Assembly: GCA_040954595.2 (NCBI GenBank)
Contig: CM082579.2
Coordinates: forward strand, 16,340,856 to 16,404,855
Direction of reading: 5' to 3'
Length of the DNA: 64,000 nucleotides
Origin: Balanoglossus misakiensis
Taxonomy: Eukaryota; Animalia; Hemichordata
The notes below the pieces were generated by a model. That model saw only the letters and a program-made list of their open reading frames with translations. It had not been told where the DNA came from and did no database searches. Below are positions 1 to 11,429 of the stretch, piece after piece. Numbering within the stretch: the stretch's first letter is position 1; each line of letters starts with the position of its first letter. The translations under genes were made by a program, and so were the position numbers.

Positions 1-430
1 TTCCGTAGATCTTTTAAGCTTATTTATACATTGTAAATTTTGATGTGAAACTTTATTGGTCTTGTTGCCAAACTTCTGAAGAAATGAGGATATTGTTTTG
101 AAGGGTATTTTATCAGTAGGTAACAAATACCATGGCCCTCCATGCAAATACCCACATGGTAAATTAAAACTGTTACAGATGTATTTGATTTCCACATATT
201 GATTACATGTGGGATAATATTGGGTGCTGGCAGTTTCAGTAAATGAACTGCTCTTAAAAGTTGGGCGTCAGGGCACCCTTGATTTTGCCTGTTCCAAGCT
301 AGAATAGTCTGTCCATATGAATATTTGTTCAGCAAGTTACAAGCAATCTTTTAAGTTTGGAATGAAAAAATAGTGAAATGACTTGTGATGTTAATATGCA
401 ATTGTTGGTTGATTTACATGCAACCCCCAG

Positions 431-3400
431 GACTCGATCAATGTTCTCCCAATCCGTGCATGAACAACGGTATCTGTGAGCCAATCAGTGGATCGTGCAG
501 TGCGTTTACCTGTCGCTGTCAAGGCTGTATCATTGGAATCACCTGTGACCAAGGTAAATTTATCAGACGAGGAACTGTTTTTCCCCCCTCATACCAGTAT
601 ATTTGTCATAGCTGGCAGCTATGAAATTACCTGTATATTTAGGATGTGACAAACCAAATAGGAACTTTCAGGAATTGAGTCTTTTTTGCAATTACTAAGT
701 CCTAAACTCCCAAAAGTATAATAAGTAATTCTTATTGTTCAGTTATACATTAAGGAGGCTTAGTTATAGGAGAACCCGATAGAACCACAGCTGTAGGAAT
801 TAAGGAAATGGTCATACCCTAAAAACTTATGTCACTACTATTTATTTATTTTCATTCCATTGAAACAGAACAAACTCCATGTAGGCCAAGTCCATGCCTG
901 AACAATGGGCAGTGTACTCGGCTGTCGTGTACAACTTATGAGTGTACTTGTCCAGGATGTTTCATCGGCACACACTGCAGCCAGTGTAAAACTCATTAAA
1001 ACAAACATTTTGTCATGCAGGAACTAACATTTACAATCATGTCTCAATACATTGTCTGTTGGTCATACTTTATATTTTCATCTTCAGCATCACAACTTGG
1101 GCCTTGGGAATCGTTCACCTCAAAAATGATGTACAACTGAAAGAAAACATGTTTATTTGAAGAAAAAAATGTTGATCGTTCATGAAAATTTTCCCTACAC
1201 AAGATACATATACAGAGATTTTCATAGCCCCACAAGTGCGTCCCAGAATGAGCAAGTTGTTTTTGGAAGTGAAGTTCCGTTCAGTATTTACAGTAATGGT
1301 AATGATGATGTTTTTATCAAACAGATTTTGAAAGTAAATATTGCTGAGATAACATTAGGTTGCACTTTTTATTGCAGTCCAAGATCCATGCCAGCGAAAC
1401 AGCTGTCTCAACGGGGCTGTATGTAATGCAGTGGCCAACTCCTGCACGGCATATACCTGTGCCTGTACTGGTTGCTATGAGGGTAACCGTTGTGAAATAT
1501 GTAAGTTTCTGACGTACCGTAAATGACAATCTTTTGGGCACTTTCTCTTCATGGCAATTGAATTGTGTGGTAACTTCTCATTTCTAAAATTTCCACAAGA
1601 GAAAAGAAAACAGAAATTTCATTTGTATGTCCGTGCAATTTAGGATAGGCACGAACTTGTGAGGAAGTGTACGAAGCTGGATGTTTTCATCACTCAAATT
1701 TACAAGAGTTGCCTCTTGAAGACTAGTGTCTGTAGAGATAATTGTGCATATGAGGTAATCTCTCCTAAGGTGGTGCACACATCTGAGTATTAAGTAAAAG
1801 AGACATCCTTAATTATCCTTACTATTTGGCTTGAAAAATCAATCTTACTAGGTGTTCTGATTAGAGAGGTGTCCATAAAGACAGGTTTCACTGTATTACC
1901 CAAAATAGAGACATTGTCCCTTCATCATATACTTAATGCGTGTTCTGGGTATGGTTCCAGTATAATGCTTGTGTCAAAGGATTTTGTTGTGGTGCAGGAA
2001 TCATCTTTGGTTGAGGTGTAGCCATCTGCATTTCATGTTTTTTAAACTATTTTTTTTCTGATAGTCATTAACCCATGTGATCAGAATCCGTGTCAAAATG
2101 GAGGCTATTGTTCCCAAACACCAAATTCTTATACTGACTACACCTGTTACTGCCAGTAGTGTTGGACTGGGGCCATCTGTGCCGTAGGTGTGTCGAATTA
2201 CTGTTTTATGACACAGCGTGGTATATAAACCCTAATTTTTGGTATTCTCAATGTGATAGATGGACCCATACACCAATAAATGGGGTGGAAGCATTACTAA
2301 GTTTCATCCTTTCAAAATTTGCTGATGTAGGGTCAAAATTGAGTGTGAGGTGCACGTTAAAAAGGAAAGCCTTCTGTATCATGTTGACGGCACATTTTTT
2401 AATTTTTCAAGATTCTTACAGAAAAATCCTAGCAATAGCATCATTATGTTATTTTAAATGTACAGGTTTGAAACAAGGAATGAAGACATTGCTCACATAT
2501 TTAAACGAAATGAACATCACAAGTACATGTACAAGTTTTTGACAAGCAGGTAATTGATACTTTCATTTTTGTTTTGGCAGCCATTGATCAGTTATACTCT
2601 ATGCCTTGTCAAAATGGTGGCACATGCGTTGCGCGAGACGGCTGTTTCCTGTTTGACTGTATGTGTACCGAATGCTTCACTGGTGCCACATGTACAATGC
2701 GTAAGTACAAACCAATATTATTTTATTCAATGCAAAACTCTTGTTATGTATTATATAATATAAGTACGGTACACATATTAAAGCCCTGGTAACTCAAACT
2801 TTGGGCTAGCTTAATGTTATCACTATTTTTGTTTTCGGTTGCAACTGTGGTTTCTTGTCACACTCTAAAGGATTTCACAGCATTTGTTTTTTCAAAACAG
2901 CCCTTTGGTTGTTGTCATGTATACATGTACATGACTGTGGAGTGTAGTTTGTAGATTCTGTAATTTTGACAATATCTTGACTGCACATCCCACAGCTGTC
3001 AACCAGTGTCAACCCATCCAGTGTCAGAATGGTGGAAACTGTGTGCTGACGCCCAATTGGTGTACTGAATTCACATGCTCCTGTACAAGCTGTTACTCCG
3101 GCGATTTATGTCAGACATGTGAGTGATTTTAAATTTCAGATGAAGAGGAACATAATAACATAACACATAATCGGCTTGCAGTTGGTTTCTTCCAACCTGT
3201 ATCAAACAGTGAATAACGACACAATTTTGGGGAAATTTATTAAGAATGTGTGTGCCATAAAAGGGGATTGTGTATTTGACCAAACAACAACCTGCACCGT
3301 ATGGTACACTAAGACACTATTACACCTGTGTCAAAATTTCATTACGTTTCTTTTGTTGAACATGGAAGAAATTTGTCACAGTGATGTTCTGTTGACCAAC

Positions 3401-6247
3401 TGAGATTTTTACCACTCAACCCTGACTGCACAAATCTGTTTAAAGTATATGTAGTAAATATTAACTGTACACAATTTATATCACTTTCTCTTCTGTGCAC
3501 AGATTTGAATCCGTGTCAGCCCAACCCTTGTCTAAACAGTGGATTCTGCCAGCAAGTGTCCTGCACCGAGTTCAGATGCCAGAGTTCGCGCTGTTTCATC
3601 GGAACCACGTGCGCTGAACGTAAGCAAACCAGTGTCAGATTTGCCGCACAAAGTAGAAATCGCTGGGCTTTGTCATTGATATTGTCTCAATAAAGTTGCC
3701 TGTGATTGTGCAGCTAACCAAGAGACTTATATGCACTACCGTAGCCATGATGTATACTTTCATTGACTCAAATGCTCATCAGAGTAGATGTTGCTATTTT
3801 TCCAACCGTAAATTGAAACATCAGAAAGTTATGACATCAACTACCCCCACCCCCACCCCACCCCACCCCCAACTAGTAAATATTATAAGATGCTGTAATT
3901 ATGATAAAGATGGTAGCACCAAGCTTGGATCAAGTGGTCTTCATTATCCTTCACACATGAACATGATCACACGGATGTGCAATCTTCTGACAGTCTGCTA
4001 CAGATTTCACTTCCCACTCAAGTGTGTAAGACCCTAATGTGATACTTTTCATTTCTCTCACCCTTAGCGATCAACCAGTGTCTTCTAAACCCATGTCTGA
4101 ATAACGGAGTGTATCAGCCACTTCAAGGCTCCTGCTCAATCTACACCTGCAACTGTCCAACCTGCTACACTGGGCAAACATGTGTTACATGTAAGTCGCA
4201 AGTTTTTAGGTCCCATTGGTATGTACCATGGGACCTTATGGGATTGGTTACGTCTGTATGTATGGATGGATGGATGGATGGATGTATGTCTGTATGTCCG
4301 TCCACATCGAAAACTTGAAAACCGCAGCGCGTATGACCTCGATATTTGGCGTGTAGATGCAGGCAGGGCTGTAGATGGGAGTTTGTTCAAATGAAGATGT
4401 CATTGCCAAAAATATGCAAATTAGCTGGGAAAATGTGAAATTGGTCAAAACTTAAAAACTGGACAACCACTGGTCATATTGATTTGAAAATTGGTATGCA
4501 TGTACCTTATATCAACCTCATACAATCCTGTATGTTTTGAGCTAATATTATCGATTTCCTATTTTTTTTGCATTTTTTTGTATTTTTCCATGTTATTGGT
4601 AAAAAGTCTTTGAAATTTAGTATGAAGCCTCCTAATGTTGTCTAAGTAACCATAGTTTTGTTCAAATTGTTGCAAAATTTGCATATCTATAATTTTGAGC
4701 AATATTTGCCATTTTTGGTCAAAAAATGTTTTTCTTTAAAACCTCATGCCAGATTGCTTTCCAATTTGGTAGGCATGTTCGTAGGGGTAACCTAAATAAT
4801 ATGTTGTAAAAAAAAAAGATATTTGCATAAATGTGTTATCGGGGAAACTTTTGCAATTTTTGTCAAAAATTGTTTTCTCTGAAACCGCTTGTCCTATTGC
4901 ATTGAACTTAGGCAGCATGTTCCTTGTAGTGATTGAAGTAAGATATTGTACAATTTTGGTGATATTTGCATATTTGTGTTTTTGCCACTTTTGAACAAAT
5001 ATTTTCTGTGAAACTGCTTGTTGGATTGCTTTGAAATTAGTTTTTTCTCTGATTGCTTTGAAATTTAGGATATAATTTCATAACACATACCTGTATATGT
5101 GCAACTTTTATTCAGTTCTGAGATCAGAAAGATTAAATATTTAGCGAGTTTTTTTGGTAAGTTTCTTAGTTTTTGGTTAGCAAATCTTCTCCTAAACAAA
5201 TTGTCCAGTTGTTTTTAAAGTTACTATTTACAAGGAGTTGTTACCTCGAACAAAGACATGTTTACATAACTTAAATAGGCCAGCTGTTACAGAGACCACC
5301 AGCTATCAAATTTTAATTACCAGTGGCAGGTCAGTGTGTGTCTGTTCCAGGGCTGACTGAAAGAAGTTGCTTCGCATATGTGTTTGTACAGACAATTTTT
5401 GGTCATTTTTTTTTCTAGCACCACTTGTAAGACTGCCATGACACATGATAGTTTATTGGGCATGTTCCTTGTTAATGTTTTTACATTCCATATTTCTATA
5501 TGGTCAGATCATATCTGCTTGCAAATGTCACCTGTAATTTTTATTCTGGTGTGTCACTGTTTCCGCATAATCCTCAAATGTCATCAGATCTCCGAATGTG
5601 ATGAAAACAGTGTGTTTTGAGTGTTTTTTAAATGACCTTTTGGGTTAAAAGTGGCAAAAATGGCAATTTTGTCTTGAAAGGGGTCAATAAGACTGACTTT
5701 TTTGGAATCAGCACCATTTTTTACATTGAATGGACTAGTCTGCTCAAACTTTCCTTACCAACAATTCTGTTTAATCTTCTGTAACATGTATACTAGCATA
5801 CATGTAGCTGCCTGATAGTTTGCCCTGCGTGTGTAATTGCTGAGTGACATAACGCATTCTGTGATTGGTGCAGTCACGTAACCACCAATAAGATCGCTTG
5901 TTATAAGGAGAACTGCACGACCTTTAACCGCATTAGCATACCTGATTTTTAGGGCTCGATATTACCTCTGAGGACGCAATATTTAAGTTGAAGTTTTTTT
6001 TCTTTTATCATATTAGAGCAAGAAGACTTGTTTTTATGTAAAAGAAATAAACCTTAATATACAGAGTGCATTTTGAAACGATAGGCAGGTCCGGCCCATA
6101 GCCTAATTCTTCATTTTTCTGTCATGCGTAGGAATTGATCAGTGCTAACAACCCATGTCAAAATGGCAGCACTTGCCAACCCTAACCTCGTGTGGGGCAT
6201 TGACGTGCACCTGCCAAGGATGCTATACTGGGAGCGCTGTGAAAATT
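431..6247 (+). pseudogene. Decayed multi-EGF (fibropellin/Notch-like extracellular) gene fragment; 9 phase-1 exons each encoding one 8-Cys EGF-like module
   Basis: AG/GT-bounded exons: 431-553 (GLDQCSPNPCMNNGICEPISGSCSAFTCRCQGCIIGITCDQ), 869-985, 1378-1500, 2065-2187, 2581-2700, 2996-3118, 3503-3619, 4068-4190, 6132-6247. The first eight are 117, 120 or 123 bp. Lesions: in-frame TAG at 2157-2159, Cys substitutions in several exons, and a stop plus frameshifts in 6132-6247. Confidence 0.88.
4204..5470 (+). mobile_element. Non-autonomous Helentron-associated (HINE/DINE-1-like) element; 3' boundary uncertain
   Basis: Begins in a T-run with a hairpin aggtcccattggta-tg-taccatgggacct (4208-4236), followed by an (ATGG)n/GTCY microsatellite (about 4250-4303). 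Degenerate core repeats of about 135-140 bp follow (attg..ttgaaa.ttggta.gcatgttcct near 4480, 4610, 4752, 4896, 5024). No 3' subterminal repeat was recognised. Confidence 0.55.
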
Positions 6248-6749
6248 GTCAGTCAGTTTCTTTTGTCAAATTAATCAATATGTGTGGGACTGCTATACAT
6301 GTATATAAAACAGAATACTGCGATGGAAAATTCTATAACTTAATGTTTCACTGGATATATGACTTAAAGTTAGCAGGATGCAGTGAATTCAACAGAAAGT
6401 GTAATTTCCTCTTGTGTGAGCTCTGTGCGACTGTGCCAATGAAAATCCCACCACAAACAAAAATGACAGGTATACACTGTATATTAGCAGCTTTGTCTCT
6501 GTAATAGCCATAGTGTTTTGAAGTTGAAAACTTGCAAAGTGTGCAGTTTTATTCACACTACAAAGGAAACATTGTTGAAACGGATTATCTGTGTACATTG
6601 TCAAACTGTACACTTGTCGCGAGATTTATTCTCAATTATATTATATCATGCTACCGTCCGCAATTCTGATTGGACGAGAGCTAAATCCAGCGATGCTAAA
6701 ATACTCAATAATGCACTGCTGACAGTGGTAAAACGGGCTTTCTGTTTGC

Positions 6750-7934
6750 CACATGGGTTTGTTCTTTAGGTTGTTGTATGTGTTTACACTCATCATGTTT
6801 ATTGTAGAACCAGGGTCGATCAGTGAGGCAACTGCTGTTTGTTCTATCTGCACTGTTACTTGAGGCCTCCTGCCATTTGATTGTTGTACAGTGAAGCAGT
6901 ATTCATCTCCCGAGCTGTCTTCCACTTTATGCACAGCTTTGACAGTTTCATCCTTGTCTACCCTATTTGCCTTGCCTTTTGATCGGTAGCATTTGGCAAA
7001 ATAGTTAGGTTTGCCACACTTCCTGCATGACTTGCCTTTAGCTGGACATACTGAGTCATGTGGATAGGTGCCACCACAATAATAACAAGTGGACGGTCCT
7101 TTCGCTGGCTGCTGATGAGCTCTCTTTTGTTTATTTGGTTTCGGGCGTTGGTGGCGCTGTTTTCTGACCGCATTCACAGATGCCGTATCTGCACCATAAT
7201 TTTGGGTTTTCTCCTCAATCCCACTAGCCTGAACCTCTGATACCTCAAATGAACAGGCTGTACTCAGTAGATTCTCTAGTGTCGTCTCCTCCCGAAGAGC
7301 ACGACGTCTGAGACGGGCTGATGTGAATCCTCGTATGATTTGTGATTTGACCTCTTGATCCTTATTGGTGAAGTCACATATGTTTCTGCTAGGCGTTGCA
7401 AACAAGTGTGATAGGCATCAATCGATTCGCCGTTGTTTTGTATGGTGTCTCTGAAGATAAATCGTTCGTATTCAATGTTCCGTTTAGGTGAGAAGTATGA
7501 CGAAAGCTTTAATTTGGCTGTTTCACAGCTAGTTCCTGTATCTGGTAGAGTATCAAAGAAGTCGGAAACTTCCTCACCTGCCCAGTGCAATAGCAGTGCA
7601 CGTTGTCGCTTGTCATCTGTAATGTTGAATGCGACAAATGCGTTTTCTACTCTAGCCATGTACTTTTTCCATCTCGTACTGGTGGTTGTCGGGTCTGAAT
7701 GAACAGGAAAACTCGACATTGACGGCTAGCTGATTCTCCATGTTCTCCGTCCTCGTCGCCAAATATAGAATCGTTGGTGGGCAATAATGACAACACGAGA
7801 CACCAAGTCCGGCATGTAAGAGTGAGAGTGCCTAGCCTCGTTCACGCACTTTATTCATAATGACCCGAATGTTGCATTACGTCATTTTACAGAATATATA
7901 AAGTATAGATGCTCACTAGTGTTTGGACACTACA
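6750..7934 (-). mobile_element. Truncated Ty3/Gypsy LTR retrotransposon (5' LTR, PBS, frameshifted gag with zinc knuckles, start of protease)
   Basis: ORF 7276-7719(-) (RWKKYMARVENAF..RALLLHWAGEEV..YERFIFR) and ORF 6641-7405(-) with CYYCGGTYPH..C / CRKCGKPNYFAKC knuckles and a degenerate protease motif LIDPGST. Putative LTR at about 7764-7934 starts TGTAGT and contains AATAAA. RT, integrase and the 3' LTR are absent. Confidence 0.9.
7750..7761 (-). promoter_or_regulatory. Primer-binding site complementary to the 3' end of tRNA-Ser(GCU)
   Basis: The minus strand reads TGGCGACGAGGA just inside the LTR. The + strand tcctcgtcgcca matches the metazoan tRNA-Ser(GCU) 3' end ...UCCUCGUCG-CCA as recalled. 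A second copy is at 22506-22517. Confidence 0.75.
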
Positions 7935-8118
7935 ATATACATGTGACTGCAGTGTCTTTCCAATCATGAATTTGCAAGGTGTCCTTCGGAGAAAATCTTC
8001 TGATTCTCTTTTCTGATTTGCTTTGCATATTTAACTTAATGATCTCATTTGTTGGAATTCCCTGTCTCAAATTTTTGATGATCAGTCTCTGCCCCATTGC
8101 TCATCGTCCCAACTTTCT

Positions 8119-8454
8119 GATGATATATGGATGATAGATGGGATCAAATCTTTGGTCGTGTATTTGCTACAAATGGTAGGTATTGGTTCGTGATTGAGTC
8201 TTTGTGTTGTATATTTGGGGTCGCAGTGGTATGAGTTTGGATTTATGCCAATCTTTAAGTTAAGTGTTATTTGGGTTGCCGTTGAGCATTGATGGCTTGA
8301 TAAGTGGGGCTAGGGTCAATTTTGATTGGGTTTGGATTGTTTGGGCTATGATAGGTTGGGTGATGGCTAGGATTTGTGGTGGGTATAAGGTGTGGTGTAA
8401 GAGATGGAGGCATTATGGGGTCTGGTGAGGTTTTTGTGAAGGAGGCCATGGTGG
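8119..8454 (-). repeat. Dispersed partial monomer of subtelomeric satellite B fused to the LINE 3' end
   Basis: The reverse complement aligns with about 44157-44492. The same pseudo-peptide [42 protein letters not shown] appears in ORFs 8267-9067(-) and 44027-44356(+). Confidence 0.92.
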
Positions 8455-10540
8455 CTGCAGAATTCAGGGCATGCTGTAGCGGTTGAATGCATGATGATGG
8501 TAAACCACAGAGTATTGCATTGCAGTAGTCCAGTTTTGATGTGATTAGAGCATGAACCAGCATCTGGCAAACTTCCTTAGTGAGGTAACGGCGAATGTGG
8601 CTGATTTGACGCAGATGGAAGAAAATTGACTTGCAAATTGCATTAATGTGCTTATTGAAAGTGTAATTGTCGTCGAATGTCACACCTATATTCCGTGCAG
8701 AATTCACAATTTGAACACAACATGATCCAATGCTCATGTGGTTTATGGGACGAGGCGAGCGGTTGAACTGAGACCTTATCAGGAGTACCTCGGGTTTGCC
8801 ACCATTTAGTTGAAGTTTATTATGTGTCATCCAGGTTTTTATTTCGTGAACTGCCCTTTCCATCTTGTCTAATGTACTTATGGTGTCTAACTGGAAGAAA
8901 TATTGGTATAGTTGGTTGTCATCGGCATATTGGTGAAAATTGATGTTGTGGTGACAAATAAGTTGTGCAAGTGGTTGGATGTAGCTGCAGAACAAAAGTG
9001 GGCCAAGCACTGAACCGTGTGGTACTCCATATTGTAGATATTGAGGTTCTGACATTGTGCCATACAAACTGCTGTCTGTTCTTAAGATATGATGAGAACC
9101 ATTGTAGTGCGATGTTGGTGATGCCCAGTTTTGATAACCTTGAGATGATTGTGTCGTGATCTATGGTATCAAACACAGAGGAGAGATCGAGGAGAACCAT
9201 GAGTACACATTTACCGGCATCCAGTGCCATACAAATATCGTTGTTGACTTTAGTAAGTGCTGTTTCGGTACTGTGATCCTTTCGGTACGCTGACTGCAGT
9301 GGTTCTTGTAGTGAGTTGGTAGTCAAATATGATGTCAGTTGTTGTGCTACAATCTTCCCGATTACTTTTGACAGGAAGGTTAGGTTTGAAACTGGTCTAT
9401 AGTTCTTGAAAATGTTTTTGTCGAGCGAAGGTTTCTTGAGTATATTGGTGTGATGACTGCTATTTTAAGTTATTCAGGAACAGTTCCAGTTTTGAGTGAC
9501 AAATTGATAATTGTGGCTATGATAGTGAGCAGATTACCAAGACATTGCTTATCAAGTGCTGTAGGGATGAGATCAAGTACACGTGTTTTAGATGGAGACT
9601 GACGGGTTGGTTATAAGCTGATATGGCTGAGGAGAGGTCATTTGGAGGCTAGGACATTTGATGTATTTTGTCGAGATCATGGCTGAAACTATCAATTGAA
9701 ATGGCAGATATGACGATAAGATATTTGACGTCTACTGTGTGTTGGTTTCGGAAGAGCAAGTTTTGCATTGACAGGATTGTGATCAGAGAGTTCCAAGCAG
9801 TCTACAGAGACACTCTTGATGTTAGACGCAGAGTTAGATAAGATGAGATCAAGAGTATGACCCTTTCTGTGTGTTGGTTGTTGGACCCATTGTTTCAGAT
9901 TACAGGCGCTGATGATTCCATTGAATTTCTGTGTTACTGGATTCTTATCATCTTGTAGGTGAATATTGAAATCTCCTAAGATGAAGAGATTACTTGAGCA
10001 GGTGACATACTTCTCAAGTGTTGTACTGAACTCTTCCATGAACTGTGGTGCGGTGAATTTATTATTAACTGATGGTGGTGGACGGTAGACAAGAATTATT
10101 TTCATGGAAAGTTTCTGGTGAAGAATAGTTGCTTCCGCTGCCTCAAAAGATTTAACAGAGAGAATAGGCTTCCAAGCTGTTTATTTTAGTGCTAGCTTAT
10201 GAATTTAAGCTAAGCCTCCACCGATCTTGCCAACCCCAGGTAGATGTTTGACAGCATAGCCTGGTGGTGTACATTCAGCCATTACGTGTTCGTCACCAGA
10301 TTCCTTCAACCATGTTTCAGTGAGTACAAGAATATCAATTTCTTTATCTGTGATGTAGTCTGCAATGTCTAATGATTTGCATCTAGCTGAGCGGACATTC
10401 CATGTAGAGAGTAGAAGTTCACACGTATTGTGGAAAGGGTGGATCTTGAATACTGCATAGTCACTCTTCAATAGATATTTAGTGACTCGCTAACTGTTGC
10501 GATTCGTGTGTGTGTAATTTACGTACTTCAAGTTAAATAT
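8455..10540 (-). mobile_element. Decayed non-LTR retrotransposon (L2/CR1 group) ORF2: APE endonuclease + reverse transcriptase; frameshifted, internally deleted, 3'-truncated
   Basis: EN motifs WNVRS, LTETWL, GGGLA (10205-10471) and VYRPP, LGDFN, HTLDLI, SDH (9692-10105). RT motifs [27 protein letters not shown] (8919-9326) and [32 protein letters not shown] (8455-9067). The 5' boundary is approximate. Confidence 0.93.
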
Positions 10541-10946
10541 CGCAACTAGCCGTAATGTTTGACTAGGGGGAGCACCTATACTAATGCGAGTACCAGGGAT
10601 TGAAAGTTGCACCTGTATTTTGATCCCTTAGTTACCCTTATAAGTACATTTGTAGTTTAATAACCATAGTTCTATTGCAAACCATTCTTTCCGTAGTTTC
10701 TTGTTTCAAATATTGTAATCTGAATTTATTTTGATGTTTAACAGGTGTGATTATCTGTATTTGCGGCCATTTTGAAAAAAAATTGGTTGCCATGGAAACT
10801 CTTCAACAGATATTTAGTGACTCGCTATCTGAATTTGTTCAGTACACATTAACACACATCTGAGCCAAGTTTGGTGCTTTTATCACAAAATACACAATCG
10901 ATATGAAAATTTGGGTTTTGGTGCTCCACTACCTAAGTAACATTAA

Positions 10947-11363
10947 GGATGTACGTTCAATAAAATGGAAAGTATTGTCATTTTTTTTAATTGTGGATTT
11001 TTTTATTCTCTTTTGTATGTATAATGAAAATCCGTAATAAAATATAGGGGTCACCGCGCTTGTTTTTGAAATACAGAGCCATGAAATTGGTCGATAATAG
11101 AAGAAATCTGCTGACTCAGCATTTTTCACCAATGGTTTGTTTGTCTATGGCCAAAATTCTTAATGCAATTTATCTCAAAAAAGAGCGCGGTGACCCCTAT
11201 ATTTTATTTGACCAATGAATTTATATTTGCTGGACTGAGCTATGTGTAAAATTTCGTGAAAATGACAATAGTAGAAGTTTGTTTTCTGGCGATTATCAAT
11301 GTAATCCTATGGGAAAAAGACCGGACACGCAGTGTTTCCGGTTTATGTTCTGCACGTACATCC
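10947..11363. mobile_element. Kolobok-like MITE (family 1)
   Basis: ttaa|ggatgtacgt ... acgtacatcc|ttga (10-bp TIR; TTAA TSD with one change). Internal inverted repeat aataaaatataggggtcaccgcgc (about 11036-11059) pairs with gcgcggtgacccctatattttatt (about 11185-11208). Confidence 0.7.
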
Positions 11364-11429
11364 TTGATGAAGTTTGCTGGCTAGAGGGCTCCTAAACCTC
11401 CTTAATATTTGACGTCTTCACTCCTACAG

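Noticed and set aside
24-335. Short intronic or antisense ORFs of 60-130 aa throughout the tandem unit
   Set aside because: They have no recognisable domains, and their recurrence reflects the recent duplication rather than conservation.
431-6247. Assigning a gene symbol such as Notch, fibropellin, crumbs, SCUBE or SVEP1
   Set aside because: Only generic EGF-like similarity is present; the 8-Cys spacing and absence of diagnostic domains do not support orthology.
8267-10540. Active telomere-specific retrotransposon (TRAS/SART/HeT-A/Athena-like)
   Set aside because: The element is L2/CR1-type, frameshifted and deleted, and is not inserted in TTAGGG repeats; a canonical telomerase-type array is present.
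10740-10931. Possible terminus of another DNA transposon ending ...gctccacta
   Set aside because: Only one end is recognisable and no matching TIR or TSD was found, so it was not called as a feature.
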